From contig CAXXVO010000009.1 of NCBI GenBank assembly GCA_963422645.2, forward strand, positions 288,001 to 352,000: DNA of 64,000 bases, given 5' to 3'. This document shows, piece after piece, positions 8,211 to 18,744 of the stretch. A program made the translations under genes and the position numbers. Position 1 is the stretch's first letter, and every line of letters starts with the position of its first letter. This DNA comes from Alphaproteobacteria bacterium (GTDB lineage Bacteria; Pseudomonadota; Alphaproteobacteria; UBA828). Below the pieces are notes generated by a model that saw only the letters and a program-made list of their open reading frames with translations, ran no database searches and had not been told where the DNA came from.

Positions 8211-9428
8211 TCAGGCAGGCGCGCCGACGATGCCGCGGTCATGCAGTGCGCCGATGGCGCCGTCGCTAAGGCCCAGCACCTCCGTCAGAATCTCGTCGGT
8301 ATGCTGGCCGAGCCGGGGCCCCGGTTTGACGGCACCGCGCGGAGCGGCGGCGAAGTCCAGCGGTGAGCCCGGCGTGAGCACAGGCCCGATCCCCGGCTGC
8401 TCGACCCGCTGAAACAGCGGATTCGCCGTCGAGCAGAAGGGGTCTTCCTCCACCATCTGGGTATGGGTGCGAAAGGGCCCCCAAAGCACGCCGGCCTCGG
8501 TGAGCCGGTCGCCGACTTCCTCCAGGCTCAGCGATGCAAACCAGGGCGCGAGCGCGGCGCGAAGCTGCTCCCGCGCCTTCCAGCGGTCGGCCTCGTCGGC
8601 GAGGTTGACGCTCTGCTCCGACTCGATCTGAGCGAAGGTCTCAGTGAGCCCGGCCGCCTGGCCCAGCGCCTTGACGTGGCGCGGAGTTACCACCACCAGC
8701 ATGACCCGGCGGCCGTCCTGGGTCGCGAAATCGCCGCCGAAGGTGCCGTACATGTCGTTGCCGATGCGCGGCCGCTCGGCGCCGTTGATCTCGACATCGC
8801 CGATGTAACCGAGCGAGCCGGTGATGTGATAGCCGACGTCGGCAAGGCTGAGGCGCACCTCCTGCCCCTCGCCGGTGCGGTTGCGGTGGCGCTCGGCGGC
8901 GAGCAGCCCGATGGTCGCGGTGAGGCCGCAGGTCAGGTCCCAGCCCGGCAGCACGTTGTTGACCGGCTCGTCCAGGTCCGCCGGCCCGGTCACGAAGGGC
9001 CAACCCATGCGGGCGTTCACGGTATAGTCGACCGCGACCGTGCCATCCGGGTTGCCGATGATACGGAGCATGATGAGGTCCGCGCGCCGGGCGCTCAGCG
9101 TCTCGTAAGAGAGCCAGTCCCCCACCTGCAGATTGGTGAGGAAAATGCCGGCCTCGGGCCCCGGCGCCGTGATCAGCGCGGCCACCAGCTCGCGCCCCTC
9201 CGCCTCGCGCAGATTGACCGCGAAGGAGCGCTTGCCCTTGTTCATGCCGGCCCAGTAGATGCTCTCGTTCTCCGGCGTAACCGGCCAGCGCCGGTAGTCG
9301 AGGCCACCGCCCAACGGATCGAAGCGGATCACGTCCGCTCCCATCTGGGCGAGCGTCATGCCGCCGAGCGGGGCTGCGACAAATGCCGAGCCCTCGACCA
9401 CACGCAGCCCCTTGAGAATGCCGTTCAC
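8211..9428 (-). CDS. mct: Family III CoA transferase, mesaconyl-CoA C1-C4 CoA transferase-like
   Basis: GILKGLRVVEGSAFVAAPLGGMTLAQ.GADVIRFDP.GGGLDY.RWP and VLPGWD closely match Chloroflexus Mct as recalled from memory. Confidence 0.78.
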   Translation of the reverse strand: MNGILKGLRVVEGSAFVAAPLGGMTLAQMGADVIRFDPLGGGLDYRRWPVTPENESIYWAGMNKGKRSFAVNLREAEGRELVAALITAPGPEAGIFLTNLQVGDWLSYETLSARRADLIMLRIIGNPDGTVAVDYTVNARMGWPFVTGPADLDEPVNNVLPGWDLTCGLTATIGLLAAERHRNRTGEGQEVRLSLADVGYHITGSLGYIGDVEINGAERPRIGNDMYGTFGGDFATQDGRRVMLVVVTPRHVKALGQAAGLTETFAQIESEQSVNLADEADRWKAREQLRAALAPWFASLSLEEVGDRLTEAGVLWGPFRTHTQMVEEDPFCSTANPLFQRVEQPGIGPVLTPGSPLDFAAAPRGAVKPGPRLGQHTDEILTEVLGLSDGAIGALHDRGIVGAPA

Positions 9429-9515
9429 GCCCACTCCTCCCCGCTCTCTCCGCTTCACCGGCCCTGAAAGCCGGGCTGCGGCTACGGCGCTGTGTAGTGG
9501 TCGCGTAAGCCGTGA

Positions 9516-12500
9516 TCAACCGTCGCTTTCGCGAAGCCTGAGACTTGGCGACGGATCGTCCTCGACGGCGCTCTCGCCGCCGGCAGGCGTTCGGCCGAAG
9601 AGAGCGGCAATGTCGCCCTGAATCGCGAGCAGGCACGGCACCAGAACCAGCACGATCAGGGTTACGCCGAGCAGTCCGAACACGATGGTGACCGCCATGG
9701 GCTTCAGGAACTGCGCCTGAAGGCTGGTCTCGAAAAGCAAGGGCGTGAGGCCGAAGATCGTCGTCACCGAGGTCAGGATGACGGCACGCAGGCGATCCCG
9801 CGCGCCGCCGACCAGGGCCTCCATCAGTGGTTCGCCGGCGTCAAGCCGGTCCTGGATTGCGCGGACGAGAATGATCGAATCATTGACCACGATGCCGCTG
9901 AGCCCGAGCAGCGCCATCATGCTCAGCACGGTGAGGTCGTAGCCCAGGACGAAATGGCCGAAGACGGCGCCGACCGCGCCGAAGGGAATCACGGCCATGA
10001 CGAAGATCGGCCGGCTGTAGCTTGAGAACACCCAGGCCAGGATGAGATAGATTGCAACCAGGGCGACTACGGCGCCGGTCATCATGTCGCCCATGGTCGT
10101 CGCCTGCTCCTCGGCCTTGCCGCGCAGCAGGACGCCGACACCGTACTTCTGCGCAACCTCCGACAGCCCCTCGGCCTGGAGCGCGCCCAGAACCTCGTCG
10201 GTGTTGGTGAGCGACTCGTCGATCTCCGCGGTGACGGCGATCATGCGCTGGCCGTCCTCGCGGCGGATGCTCGCGAACCCGGTTGCCTCGTCGAAGTCAA
10301 CCACTTCGGCGAGCGGCACTTCGACGCCGCCGGGGCTGCGCAAGTACAAGCGTCGGAGATCGCCTTCGGTGAGCGCGTCGTGCGGCAGGCGGACGCGGAT
10401 CGCGACCTCCTCGTCGCCCCGTGCGAAGCGCCTCGCGATCACGCCCTCGAAGGCGGCGCGCACCTGGCCCGCGGTACTCGCGGTCGTGAAACCGAGGGCA
10501 CGACCGCGGGAATTCACACTAAGGATTGTCTCCTGCTTGCCGTAGGGTGTGTTGTCCTCGATGTCGCTCACACCGGGGAAACGGCCGAGCAGCGCGCGCA
10601 CCTCGCCTGCCGCTAACTTGAGCGTCTGCACGTCGTCGCCTGCGATCCTAATGTCGATCTCGCGACCGGGTGGCCCGGCCGCGCGCTCGAGGATCGTTAT
10701 GGTCTCCAGCCCCGGCAACGGGCGCACTCGGCTGCGCCATTCCTCGATCAGGGCCTGCGTGCGTATGGTGCGCTGATCCGAGGGCTGCAGCTCGACCCGT
10801 ATGGCACCCACGTGGTCGCCAGTACCGAGGAAGAAATTGTTGGAACGGGATGCCGGCTTGCCGACTTGGCCGAGGCTCATGACCACGAGGCCACCGGCGC
10901 CACCTGTCAGCGCGAGCTCGGCCTCGTCCAGCGCCCGCCCGAGCTCGTCCACCATGGCGGTTGTCGTCTCCCGCTTGGTGCCCTCGACGAAGGTGACGTT
11001 GGCGAGAACCGAATCCGCTTCCGGCGAGGGGAAGAAAATGAACGAGATGCGCCCGCCCCCGATCAGGCCCATAGACAGCAGCAAGAGGCCAATCGCCATG
11101 GCGATGGTCAGGTATCGCCAGGCGACGCAACCCCGCACGATGCGGGCGAAGAGCCCGTCGCGGAAGGCCTCAAAGCGCGGGTTGAACCATCGCGCGAATC
11201 TGTTCTCCTTGCGCGGATCGGCCCTCAGACCGATGCGCAAATGGCCGGGCAACACCACGAAGCACTCGATCACGCTCGCAACGAGAACGGCCACGATCAC
11301 CAGGGGAATGGCGCCGATGATCTCGCCGATCTGGCCCGACACCATGAAGAGCGGCAGGAAGGCGGCGACGGAGGTCAGCGTCGCCGCCATCACCGGCGCG
11401 AACATCCGCCGCGCGCCGAGTTCCGCCGCGTCGGCCGGGCTGGCGCCCGCGGCGCGCTGGGTCACCGCATGCTCGCCGACCACGATGGCATCGTCCACAA
11501 TGATGCCGATAGCCATGATGAGCGCGAACAGGCTCACCATGTTGATCGTCTGGCCGGTCAACATCATCACGCCGAGGGTGGCGAGCAGCGAGACGGGAAT
11601 ACCGACCGAGACCCAGAAGGCGACCCGCGTGCTCAGGAAGATGAACAGCACGAGCACCACCAGAGCCAGCCCGCTCGCGCCGTTGCGGAGCAGCATGTTG
11701 ATGCGGTCGTCGATGAGCTCCGACGCATCGTCGTAGTGCTCGACGACCAGAGTCGGCGGCAGCGTCGGCTGCAACTCCTCGAGAAAGTCATCGAGTATGC
11801 CCGCCTGCTCCAGCGCATCGGACGTGCTCGCGCGTCGCACCTGCAGCTCGATGGCGGGATAGCCGGCCCTGAACGCGACCGTATCCCGCTCGTTGAAGCG
11901 TTCGCTGATGGTCGCGATATCGCGGAGGTGGACCTTGGCCCCATCCTGGCGCGCGATGATCTCGACCTGGCCGATCTCATCGGCCGATCTGGCGAGGCCC
12001 AGGCTTCGGATTTGCTTGTTGGTGCCGCCAGGGACGATGCCGGAAGGCAGGTCGGCCGAGCTCGTGCCAATCCGTGACGCGATATCGCCGAGTGTGAGAT
12101 CGAGCTGGCGCAGGCGCCCCTCGCCGACCTCGACCCAGATCTCCTCTCGTCGGCTGCCGAAGAGGTCGACTTTGTCGACGCCAGCGGAAAGCAGACGCTC
12201 CCGGATGTCCTTGGCGTGGGCACGCAGCGCCGCCTCGGAGAACGGGCCCGAGACGACAATATTTCCTATGTTCTCGTAGAAGTAGAGGCGGTTGACGACC
12301 GGCTTCTCGGAGTCCTCCGGCAGCGTCTCGACCCGGCCCACGGCGTTCTCGACGTTGGCCAGCGCCGTATCGAGATTCGTCCCGGGCTCGAACTCCACGA
12401 CGACCGAGCCGATGCCTTCCACGGACTGTGAGGAGACGCGCTTGACCCCGTCGAGGAAGCGGACTTCCGGCTCGATCGCCGCGACGATGTTGGTATCCAC

Positions 12501-12689
12501 GTCCTCGGCGCTGGCGCCCGGCCAGGTCACGCTGACCGAGATCCATTCGACGGCGAAGGTGGGGAAGAACTGGGTGTTCATGCGCGCAAGCCCGAGCACG
12601 CCGAACAGGATCATCAGCACCATCACCAGGTTGGCGGCCGTGCGGTGGCGCGTAAACAGCGCGATCAGACCGCTACCGGTCTGGCTCAT
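9516..12689 (-). CDS. RND efflux transporter permease (AcrB/AcrD/AcrF family)
   Basis: 1057 aa; GIIVDDAIV, GIVVNDSI, RLRAVILTSVTT. Confidence 0.92.
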   Translation of the reverse strand: MSQTGSGLIALFTRHRTAANLVMVLMILFGVLGLARMNTQFFPTFAVEWISVSVTWPGASAEDVDTNIVAAIEPEVRFLDGVKRVSSQSVEGIGSVVVEFEPGTNLDTALANVENAVGRVETLPEDSEKPVVNRLYFYENIGNIVVSGPFSEAALRAHAKDIRERLLSAGVDKVDLFGSRREEIWVEVGEGRLRQLDLTLGDIASRIGTSSADLPSGIVPGGTNKQIRSLGLARSADEIGQVEIIARQDGAKVHLRDIATISERFNERDTVAFRAGYPAIELQVRRASTSDALEQAGILDDFLEELQPTLPPTLVVEHYDDASELIDDRINMLLRNGASGLALVVLVLFIFLSTRVAFWVSVGIPVSLLATLGVMMLTGQTINMVSLFALIMAIGIIVDDAIVVGEHAVTQRAAGASPADAAELGARRMFAPVMAATLTSVAAFLPLFMVSGQIGEIIGAIPLVIVAVLVASVIECFVVLPGHLRIGLRADPRKENRFARWFNPRFEAFRDGLFARIVRGCVAWRYLTIAMAIGLLLLSMGLIGGGRISFIFFPSPEADSVLANVTFVEGTKRETTTAMVDELGRALDEAELALTGGAGGLVVMSLGQVGKPASRSNNFFLGTGDHVGAIRVELQPSDQRTIRTQALIEEWRSRVRPLPGLETITILERAAGPPGREIDIRIAGDDVQTLKLAAGEVRALLGRFPGVSDIEDNTPYGKQETILSVNSRGRALGFTTASTAGQVRAAFEGVIARRFARGDEEVAIRVRLPHDALTEGDLRRLYLRSPGGVEVPLAEVVDFDEATGFASIRREDGQRMIAVTAEIDESLTNTDEVLGALQAEGLSEVAQKYGVGVLLRGKAEEQATTMGDMMTGAVVALVAIYLILAWVFSSYSRPIFVMAVIPFGAVGAVFGHFVLGYDLTVLSMMALLGLSGIVVNDSIILVRAIQDRLDAGEPLMEALVGGARDRLRAVILTSVTTIFGLTPLLFETSLQAQFLKPMAVTIVFGLLGVTLIVLVLVPCLLAIQGDIAALFGRTPAGGESAVEDDPSPSLRLRESDG

Positions 12690-13939
12690 CGCACCTCAAC
12701 TTTGACGCCGGGTCCGATCTCGGGGAAGCGGGTGGTCGCGACACTCTCACCGTCCGCGATCCCGCCGGACACCACCACGTCGTTGCCGACGCGCGCAAGC
12801 AGTGCCACCGGCCGGGGTTCAAGACGGCCGCTGACGACCGCATAAACCGTGTCGCCGCCCACCAACGCCGTTTCCGGCAAGCGCGCAGCCTCTCGGTACA
12901 CGCGGTCCGGGATTCGAACTTCGACGAAGGCCCCCGGCCTGAGCGGAACCCGTGATGCCTCCTGCTCGATCCGAGCGTAGACCCTGACCCCGCCGCTCGA
13001 AGCATCAACCTCTCCATCCGCGCGCTGGACCACCGCGCTGAACGGGAAATTGCGGTCGCCTGCGCGCCACGTCACCTCGACAGGGCGCCCCCGTAAACCC
13101 GCCGCAGAGGATACGAGCCTCCCATAGTCCGCATCGCTCAGATGGATCAGGATATCCAGTCGTGTGTGGTCCAAGAGACGGACGACGCGGTCGTTCACCC
13201 CGAGACGCTTGCCCAGCGCCGCCGAAACGCCCGTGAGATACCCGTCGAAGGGCGCAACGAGCCGCGTCTTCGACAGGTTGCGCTCCGCTCGCTCCAACGC
13301 CACCGCGCTCCGCGCTATCACCGCCTCCTGCCGCGCAATGCGCGCGCGCAGGCCCGCAGTTCGACGCTCCGTCGCAGCCAGCGCCCGCGCCCGGTCGCTC
13401 CGCCGCACCAGGGCGTCGTCGACCGTTTTCTCCGAAGCCGTCCCCTTGGCGAGAAGCGCCTCGCGGCGGTCAAGCTCGCGTTCGGCCAACGCAAGCTGGG
13501 TGCGATCCTCCACCAGACCCGCTTCTTCCGCCCCAACCTCCGCCTTGGTCTCCGCAAGCTGCGCCCGGGCCTCGGCCAGCGCGGCCTCCGCCTCCGTCAC
13601 CGCCGCGCGATACTCGAAGGGGTCGATCTCCACCAGGAGCTCGCCCGCCCGCACCGTGCCGCCGTTCACGAAGTTCTCGCCCACTGCCACGACCGGCCCC
13701 GCCACCAGGGCACGCAGCTCCACATCCCGCTGCGCCACCACCTCGCCGAAAGCGTCGATGGAGGGCTGGATATCGGCGATTTGGACGGTGGATGTGGCAA
13801 TCGGCCTGGCCCGCTCCGCCGGCCCCGTGCGCTCGATCTCGGGCCGCGTCGCCTGCAGGTAGCCGACCGCCAGCACCGCACCCACCAACGTGAGCAGTGG
13901 CAGCACGATCTTCAGGAAGCGGTGGCGGCGACGGGCCAA
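12686..13939 (-). CDS. RND periplasmic adaptor (membrane fusion protein)
   Basis: N-terminal TM anchor, lipoyl halves, long coiled coil, LVAPFDG, LRPGAFV; overlaps the permease start. Confidence 0.9.
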   Translation of the reverse strand: MARRRHRFLKIVLPLLTLVGAVLAVGYLQATRPEIERTGPAERARPIATSTVQIADIQPSIDAFGEVVAQRDVELRALVAGPVVAVGENFVNGGTVRAGELLVEIDPFEYRAAVTEAEAALAEARAQLAETKAEVGAEEAGLVEDRTQLALAERELDRREALLAKGTASEKTVDDALVRRSDRARALAATERRTAGLRARIARQEAVIARSAVALERAERNLSKTRLVAPFDGYLTGVSAALGKRLGVNDRVVRLLDHTRLDILIHLSDADYGRLVSSAAGLRGRPVEVTWRAGDRNFPFSAVVQRADGEVDASSGGVRVYARIEQEASRVPLRPGAFVEVRIPDRVYREAARLPETALVGGDTVYAVVSGRLEPRPVALLARVGNDVVVSGGIADGESVATTRFPEIGPGVKVEVR

Positions 13940-14141
13940 GGGCGGCCTCTCGACTTCGTTAGAGCCGGGTCACAGGGGGAACGGTATCAACCCCGAGTTT
14001 CGTGACGTTGTCCATCCCGTAAAGAAATGTTAACCCGCGACGCTCGTCGGGACGGAGAGACCACCGGCGCGTGCGGCATCCGCTCGCGGGCGACCTTGTG
14101 CCGCGGCCAAGCCGCGGCAACAATCGCGCCCCGAAGAACGA

Positions 14142-15323
14142 ATGGTGATGCGAATGTCCGGCACCCATTACGGTCCCATCGAGATGATCGAGCGGTTGGT
14201 CTCTTTTGACACGACCAGTCGCGAGTCGAACCTCGCGCTGATTCACTTCGTGCGCGATTATCTCGCCTCGCTGGGCGTCGATTCTACACTTATTCACGAT
14301 GAAACGGGAAACAAGGCGAATCTTTACGCCACGGTTGGCCCCAGTGACGTGCCCGGAATTGCACTTTCGGGCCACACCGACGTAGTACCGGTGGACGGCC
14401 AAGCCTGGGACACTGACCCGTTCAGCGTCGTTGAAAAGGACGGTCGGCTTTACGGGCGCGGCACCTCCGACATGAAGAGCTTCAGCGCGATTGCGCTTGC
14501 CCTCGTGCCGGATTTTCTTGCACGCCCGCTCAAGACCCCGATCCATTTCGCGCTTTCCTTCGATGAGGAAGTCGGCTGCTTCGGGGCCCCGCTGATGATC
14601 GACCAGCTTGGCTCCGATCTCGGCGTCAAGCCGCATATCGTGATCGTGGGCGAGCCCACCAGCATGGCGGTCGTGAACGCCCACAAGGGGGTCTACAGCT
14701 TCAGGACCCACGTGCGCGGCCTCGAAGTTCACTCCAGCGCCACTCATCGCGGGGTGAACGCGGTGCAGTACGCGGCAACGCTCGTTCATTTCCTGACTGA
14801 AATCGCAGATGAAATGGCCGCGCGTGCCGAGCCCGAGAGCGGCTTCGACCCACCCTATACGACAGTCCACGTGGGCACGATTGGGGGTGGAACAGCGCAA
14901 AATATCGTGCCGCTCGACTGCAAGTTCACCTGGGAATACCGGTTGATGCCGGGGGCGGACCCCGACGAGATTCGTCGCCGTTTCGAGCGTTTCGCGGAGG
15001 AGACCGTGCTCCCCCGAATGCACGCGGTCGATCCCGGCACCGGGATCACCACTGAGTCCCGCGCCGTCGTGCCCGGCCTGGTGCCCGAGGACGGCTCGCC
15101 GGCGGAGGCGATCGTGATGGCGCTCGCGCGTACCAACCAGACCGAAGTGGTGGCCTACGGCACCGAGGCCGGGCAGTTCCAGGAAGCGGGGATCCCGACC
15201 GTGATTTGCGGCCCCGGCAGCATCCGCCAGGCGCATCAGCCCAACGAGTATATCGAGTTGAGCGAGGTCCGCGCCTGCGAGGCCTTCATGCGCCGCCTGC
15301 TCGATGAGGTGTGCGCGGCTTGA
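14142..15323 (+). CDS. argE: Acetylornithine deacetylase (M20)
   Basis: SGHTDVVP, GRGTSDMK, DEEVGC, GEPT, AHQPNEY; start may be ATG 14154. Confidence 0.88.
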   Translation: MVMRMSGTHYGPIEMIERLVSFDTTSRESNLALIHFVRDYLASLGVDSTLIHDETGNKANLYATVGPSDVPGIALSGHTDVVPVDGQAWDTDPFSVVEKDGRLYGRGTSDMKSFSAIALALVPDFLARPLKTPIHFALSFDEEVGCFGAPLMIDQLGSDLGVKPHIVIVGEPTSMAVVNAHKGVYSFRTHVRGLEVHSSATHRGVNAVQYAATLVHFLTEIADEMAARAEPESGFDPPYTTVHVGTIGGGTAQNIVPLDCKFTWEYRLMPGADPDEIRRRFERFAEETVLPRMHAVDPGTGITTESRAVVPGLVPEDGSPAEAIVMALARTNQTEVVAYGTEAGQFQEAGIPTVICGPGSIRQAHQPNEYIELSEVRACEAFMRRLLDEVCAA

Positions 15324-15339
15324 CGGCGCCTGCGGCACG

Positions 15340-15404
15340 TTTTCAACCGTATTTCCACAGGTTACCCGCAGCTTTTCCACCGACTTATCCACAACTTTTC
15401 CACT
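15340..15404 (+). promoter_or_regulatory. Array of six DnaA-box-like 9-mers
   Basis: ttttcaacc, atttccaca, ttacccgca, ttttccacc, TTATCCACA (perfect, 15385-15393), ttttccact at 11-12 bp spacing. Confidence 0.65.
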
Positions 15405-15426
15405 GAGCAGCAGAAGGACTCGAGGA

Positions 15427-17526
15427 ATGGGCGGCGCGAGCCTGGAGCGCGAGGGCGCGGTCGGCGTCATCACCATCGACAACCCGCCGGTGAACGCCAT
15501 GAGCCCCGGTGTGCCGGGCGCGATTCTTGAGCGGCTGGCGGAAGCCCAGGCCGACAATGCGGTCGAGGCCGTGGTGCTGCGCTGCGCGGGCAAAGGCGGG
15601 CTCGCCGGCGCCGACATTCGCTCGTTCGGCACGCCGTGGCCCGAGGGGGAGCCCACTCTGCGCGACGTGATCCCGGCGATCGAGCGCTCTGCCAAGCCGG
15701 TGATCGTCGCCCTCAACGGCTATTGTCTGGGCGGCGGACTCGAATTGGCGCTTTCCTGCCACTACCGGGTCGCGAGCCGAAAGACCGAAGTCGGCCAGCC
15801 GGAGGTGTTGCTCGGCTTCCCGCCGGGCGCGGGCGGGACCCAACGCCTGCCCCGGCTCGCCGGCGTGGAGACGGCGCTCGCGATGATCGTCGACGGCACG
15901 CACGTCGCTGCTGAAGAGGCGGCCAAGAGCGGCATCATCGACCGGGTGATCGACGGCGACTTGCTCGAAGGCGCGCTCGCCTTCGCGTCGGAACGCATTG
16001 CTGCCGGGCCGCCGCATTCTCTCGCCCGTGAGCGGACGCCGGTGTTGAAGGACCCAGACATCTTCGCTGCAACGCGTAAGCGTCTCGAAGGGCGGGCACG
16101 CGGCCAGCGAGCCCCGATTGCATGCCTGGAGTGCGTCGAGATGGCGCTGACGCTCCCCTTCGACGAGGGGATCCGCAAGGAGCGGGAGATCTTCCAGGAA
16201 TGCATGGTTTCGCCCGAATCGGCAGCGCTCCGCCACGTGTTCTTCGCCGAACGGGCTGTGCGCAAGGTGCCGGGTATCGACAAGGACACGCCGACCCGGC
16301 CCATCGAGCGTGCCGCCATCATCGGCGCCGGCACCATGGGCAGAGGCATCGCGACCTGCTTCGCCAATGCCGGGATCCCGGTGCGGCTCATGGATTCCGA
16401 CTCCGGTGCACTCGAACGCGCGTTCGCCGCGATCCGTAGCGATTACGAGCGCCGCGTGCAGCGCGGCCGGATTGGCGCAGCCGATGCCGAGGCCCGCATC
16501 GGGTTGATCGAGCCAGTCGAGACCATGGACGGCGTTGCCGGTGCCGACCTCGTCATCGAAGCAGTGTTCGAGGAGATGCCGTTGAAGGAGGAGGTGTTCC
16601 AGACCCTCGATTCGGTGTGCGACGAGGGCGCAATCATCGCCTCCAACACCTCCTATCTCGATGTCAACCACTTGGCCGACTTGGTTCCCGGCCGCCAGGG
16701 CAACGTCCTCGGCATGCACTTCTTCAGCCCGGCGCAGGTGATGCGGCTCCTGGAGGTGGTGCGTACCGAATCGGCCTCGCCCGAGACGTTGGCCTCCTCG
16801 CTAGCCCTTGCGCGGCGGCTCGGAAAGATTGCGGTCGTGGCCGGCGTTTGTCACGGCTTCATCGGCAATCGCATGCTGGAAGGCTACACTTGGCAGGTGC
16901 GCTTCCTGCTGGAGGAAGGCGCGAGTCCCTGCGAGATCGACGCCGCGCTCACCGGGTTCGGGATGGCGATGGGGCCCTGCGCCGTCGCCGACCTCGCCGG
17001 CCTCGACGTGAGCTGGCGCAAGCGGAAGGCCGACGCGCACCTCCGCGATCCCTCCAAGCGTTACTCGGCGGTGGCCGACCGGCTGTGCGAGCGGGGCCGC
17101 TTTGGCCAGAAGACCGGCGCCGGTTACTACCGCTACGAACCCGGCAGCCGCACGCCGATACCCGACCCGGAGGTCGACGCGCTCATCGCTGAGGTGGCGG
17201 CGGAAAGCGGCATCGAGCGCCGCACCATCGGTCCGGACGAGATCGTCCAGCGCTGCCTCTACCATCTGGTGAACGAGGGAGCGCGGGTCCTGGAAGACGG
17301 CATCGCACTGCGCGCGAGCGACATCGACATCGTGTGGATCAACGGCTACGGCTTTCCCCGTTGGCGGGGTGGCGTGATGCACTGGGCCAACCACGTTGGG
17401 CTCGATGCCATTCACGACACCATCGCCGGCTTCGATGAGAGCCAGGACTATTGGGAACCGGCGCCGCTGCTGAGCCGGCTTGCGGCGGAAGGCAAGAGCT
17501 TCGCCGACTTCGACCGGGCCGCGTGA
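15427..17526 (+). CDS. Enoyl-CoA hydratase / 3-hydroxyacyl-CoA dehydrogenase (FadB/FadJ-like)
   Basis: NPPVNA, GGGLELAL, PGAGGTQRLPR, GAGTMG, SNTS, GMHFFSP, GFIGNR. Confidence 0.9.
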   Translation: MGGASLEREGAVGVITIDNPPVNAMSPGVPGAILERLAEAQADNAVEAVVLRCAGKGGLAGADIRSFGTPWPEGEPTLRDVIPAIERSAKPVIVALNGYCLGGGLELALSCHYRVASRKTEVGQPEVLLGFPPGAGGTQRLPRLAGVETALAMIVDGTHVAAEEAAKSGIIDRVIDGDLLEGALAFASERIAAGPPHSLARERTPVLKDPDIFAATRKRLEGRARGQRAPIACLECVEMALTLPFDEGIRKEREIFQECMVSPESAALRHVFFAERAVRKVPGIDKDTPTRPIERAAIIGAGTMGRGIATCFANAGIPVRLMDSDSGALERAFAAIRSDYERRVQRGRIGAADAEARIGLIEPVETMDGVAGADLVIEAVFEEMPLKEEVFQTLDSVCDEGAIIASNTSYLDVNHLADLVPGRQGNVLGMHFFSPAQVMRLLEVVRTESASPETLASSLALARRLGKIAVVAGVCHGFIGNRMLEGYTWQVRFLLEEGASPCEIDAALTGFGMAMGPCAVADLAGLDVSWRKRKADAHLRDPSKRYSAVADRLCERGRFGQKTGAGYYRYEPGSRTPIPDPEVDALIAEVAAESGIERRTIGPDEIVQRCLYHLVNEGARVLEDGIALRASDIDIVWINGYGFPRWRGGVMHWANHVGLDAIHDTIAGFDESQDYWEPAPLLSRLAAEGKSFADFDRAA

Positions 17527-17547
17527 GGCCCACAGCAGAGGCCAGCG

Positions 17548-18744
17548 TCAGACCGCCGGCGCGCTCACCGTTTGGGCGAGAGTCCCGCGCCGCCGAGGTC
17601 GCGGCACACTCGCCGACTTGAGCTGCCCGCAGGCAGCCTGAATGTCGCGGCCGCGCGGCGCGCGCACCGGCGCCGCATAGCCGGCCCGGTTGACGATCGT
17701 GGCGAACTCCTCGATGGCCTCCGGCGACGAGCACGCGTAGGGCGCGCCCGGCCAGGGGTTGAAGGGGATCAGGTTCAGCTTGGCGGGGATGCCGGCGATC
17801 AAGCGCACCAGCTCGCGGGCGTCGGCCGGCGAATCGTTCACGCCCCTCAACATCACGTACTCGAAGGTGATGCGCCGTGCGTTGCTGGCACCGGGATAGC
17901 GGCGGCAGGAGTCGAGCAGGGTTGCGATCGGGTACTTGCGGTTGATCGGAACGAGCTCATCGCGCAAGTCGTCGCGAACAGCATGGAGCGAGACTGCGAG
18001 CCCGACGGCGAGCTCGGCGCCACAGCGCTCGATCATCGGCACCACGCCTGCGGTGGACAGCGTGATCCGCCGGCGCGAAAGCGCAATCCCCTCGGGGTCC
18101 ATGACGATTCGCAGCGCCTTGGCGACATTGTCGTAGTTAAACAGGGGCTCGCCCATGCCCATCATCACGATGTTGGAGAGCAGGCGTGGGCCGCGCGGCG
18201 AGGGCCACTCGCCGTAAGCGTCGCGCGCGGTCAGAAACTGCGCGACGATCTCACCGGCGCTAAGATTTCGCACCATCCGCTGAGTGCCGGTGTGGCAGAA
18301 GGTGCAGGAGAGCGTGCACCCCACCTGGGAAGAGATGCAGAGCGCGCCGCGGTCCTCCTCCGGGATGTAGACGGTCTCCACATCGCGGCCGTCGACGAAG
18401 CGCAACAGCCACTTCCGCGTGCCGTCTGACGCGCGCTGCTCCGTCGCCACCTCGGGGCGCGCCAGGGTATGGCGCTCGGCGAGCTCAGCGCGGAGTGTGC
18501 CGCTGATGGTCGTCATCGCGCCGAACTCGACGGCGCCACGGTGGTAAATCCAGTGCCAGAGCTGCTTGGCCCGCATGCGCAGGCGGTCTTCCGGCACACC
18601 GACAACCTGCAGACGCTCGACGAGCTCGTCCCGCGAGAGCCCGATCAGGCTCTCGCGCGCATTCTCCGAGGCGTTCGCTTCGTTTGCTGAGTGGCCGTCC
18701 GTGACGGGCCTGGAGCCCGCAGCGGAGCGTGGGGCTACCGGCAC
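17548..18744 (-). CDS. rlmN: 23S rRNA m2A2503 / tRNA m2A37 methyltransferase
   Basis: [30 protein letters not shown]. Confidence 0.95.
   Translation of the reverse strand: MPVAPRSAAGSRPVTDGHSANEANASENARESLIGLSRDELVERLQVVGVPEDRLRMRAKQLWHWIYHRGAVEFGAMTTISGTLRAELAERHTLARPEVATEQRASDGTRKWLLRFVDGRDVETVYIPEEDRGALCISSQVGCTLSCTFCHTGTQRMVRNLSAGEIVAQFLTARDAYGEWPSPRGPRLLSNIVMMGMGEPLFNYDNVAKALRIVMDPEGIALSRRRITLSTAGVVPMIERCGAELAVGLAVSLHAVRDDLRDELVPINRKYPIATLLDSCRRYPGASNARRITFEYVMLRGVNDSPADARELVRLIAGIPAKLNLIPFNPWPGAPYACSSPEAIEEFATIVNRAGYAAPVRAPRGRDIQAACGQLKSASVPRPRRRGTLAQTVSAPAV

Noticed and set aside
15340-15404. Chromosomal oriC
   Set aside because: The intergenic region is only about 100 bp, with no clear unwinding element or origin-linked genes; kept only as a DnaA-box cluster
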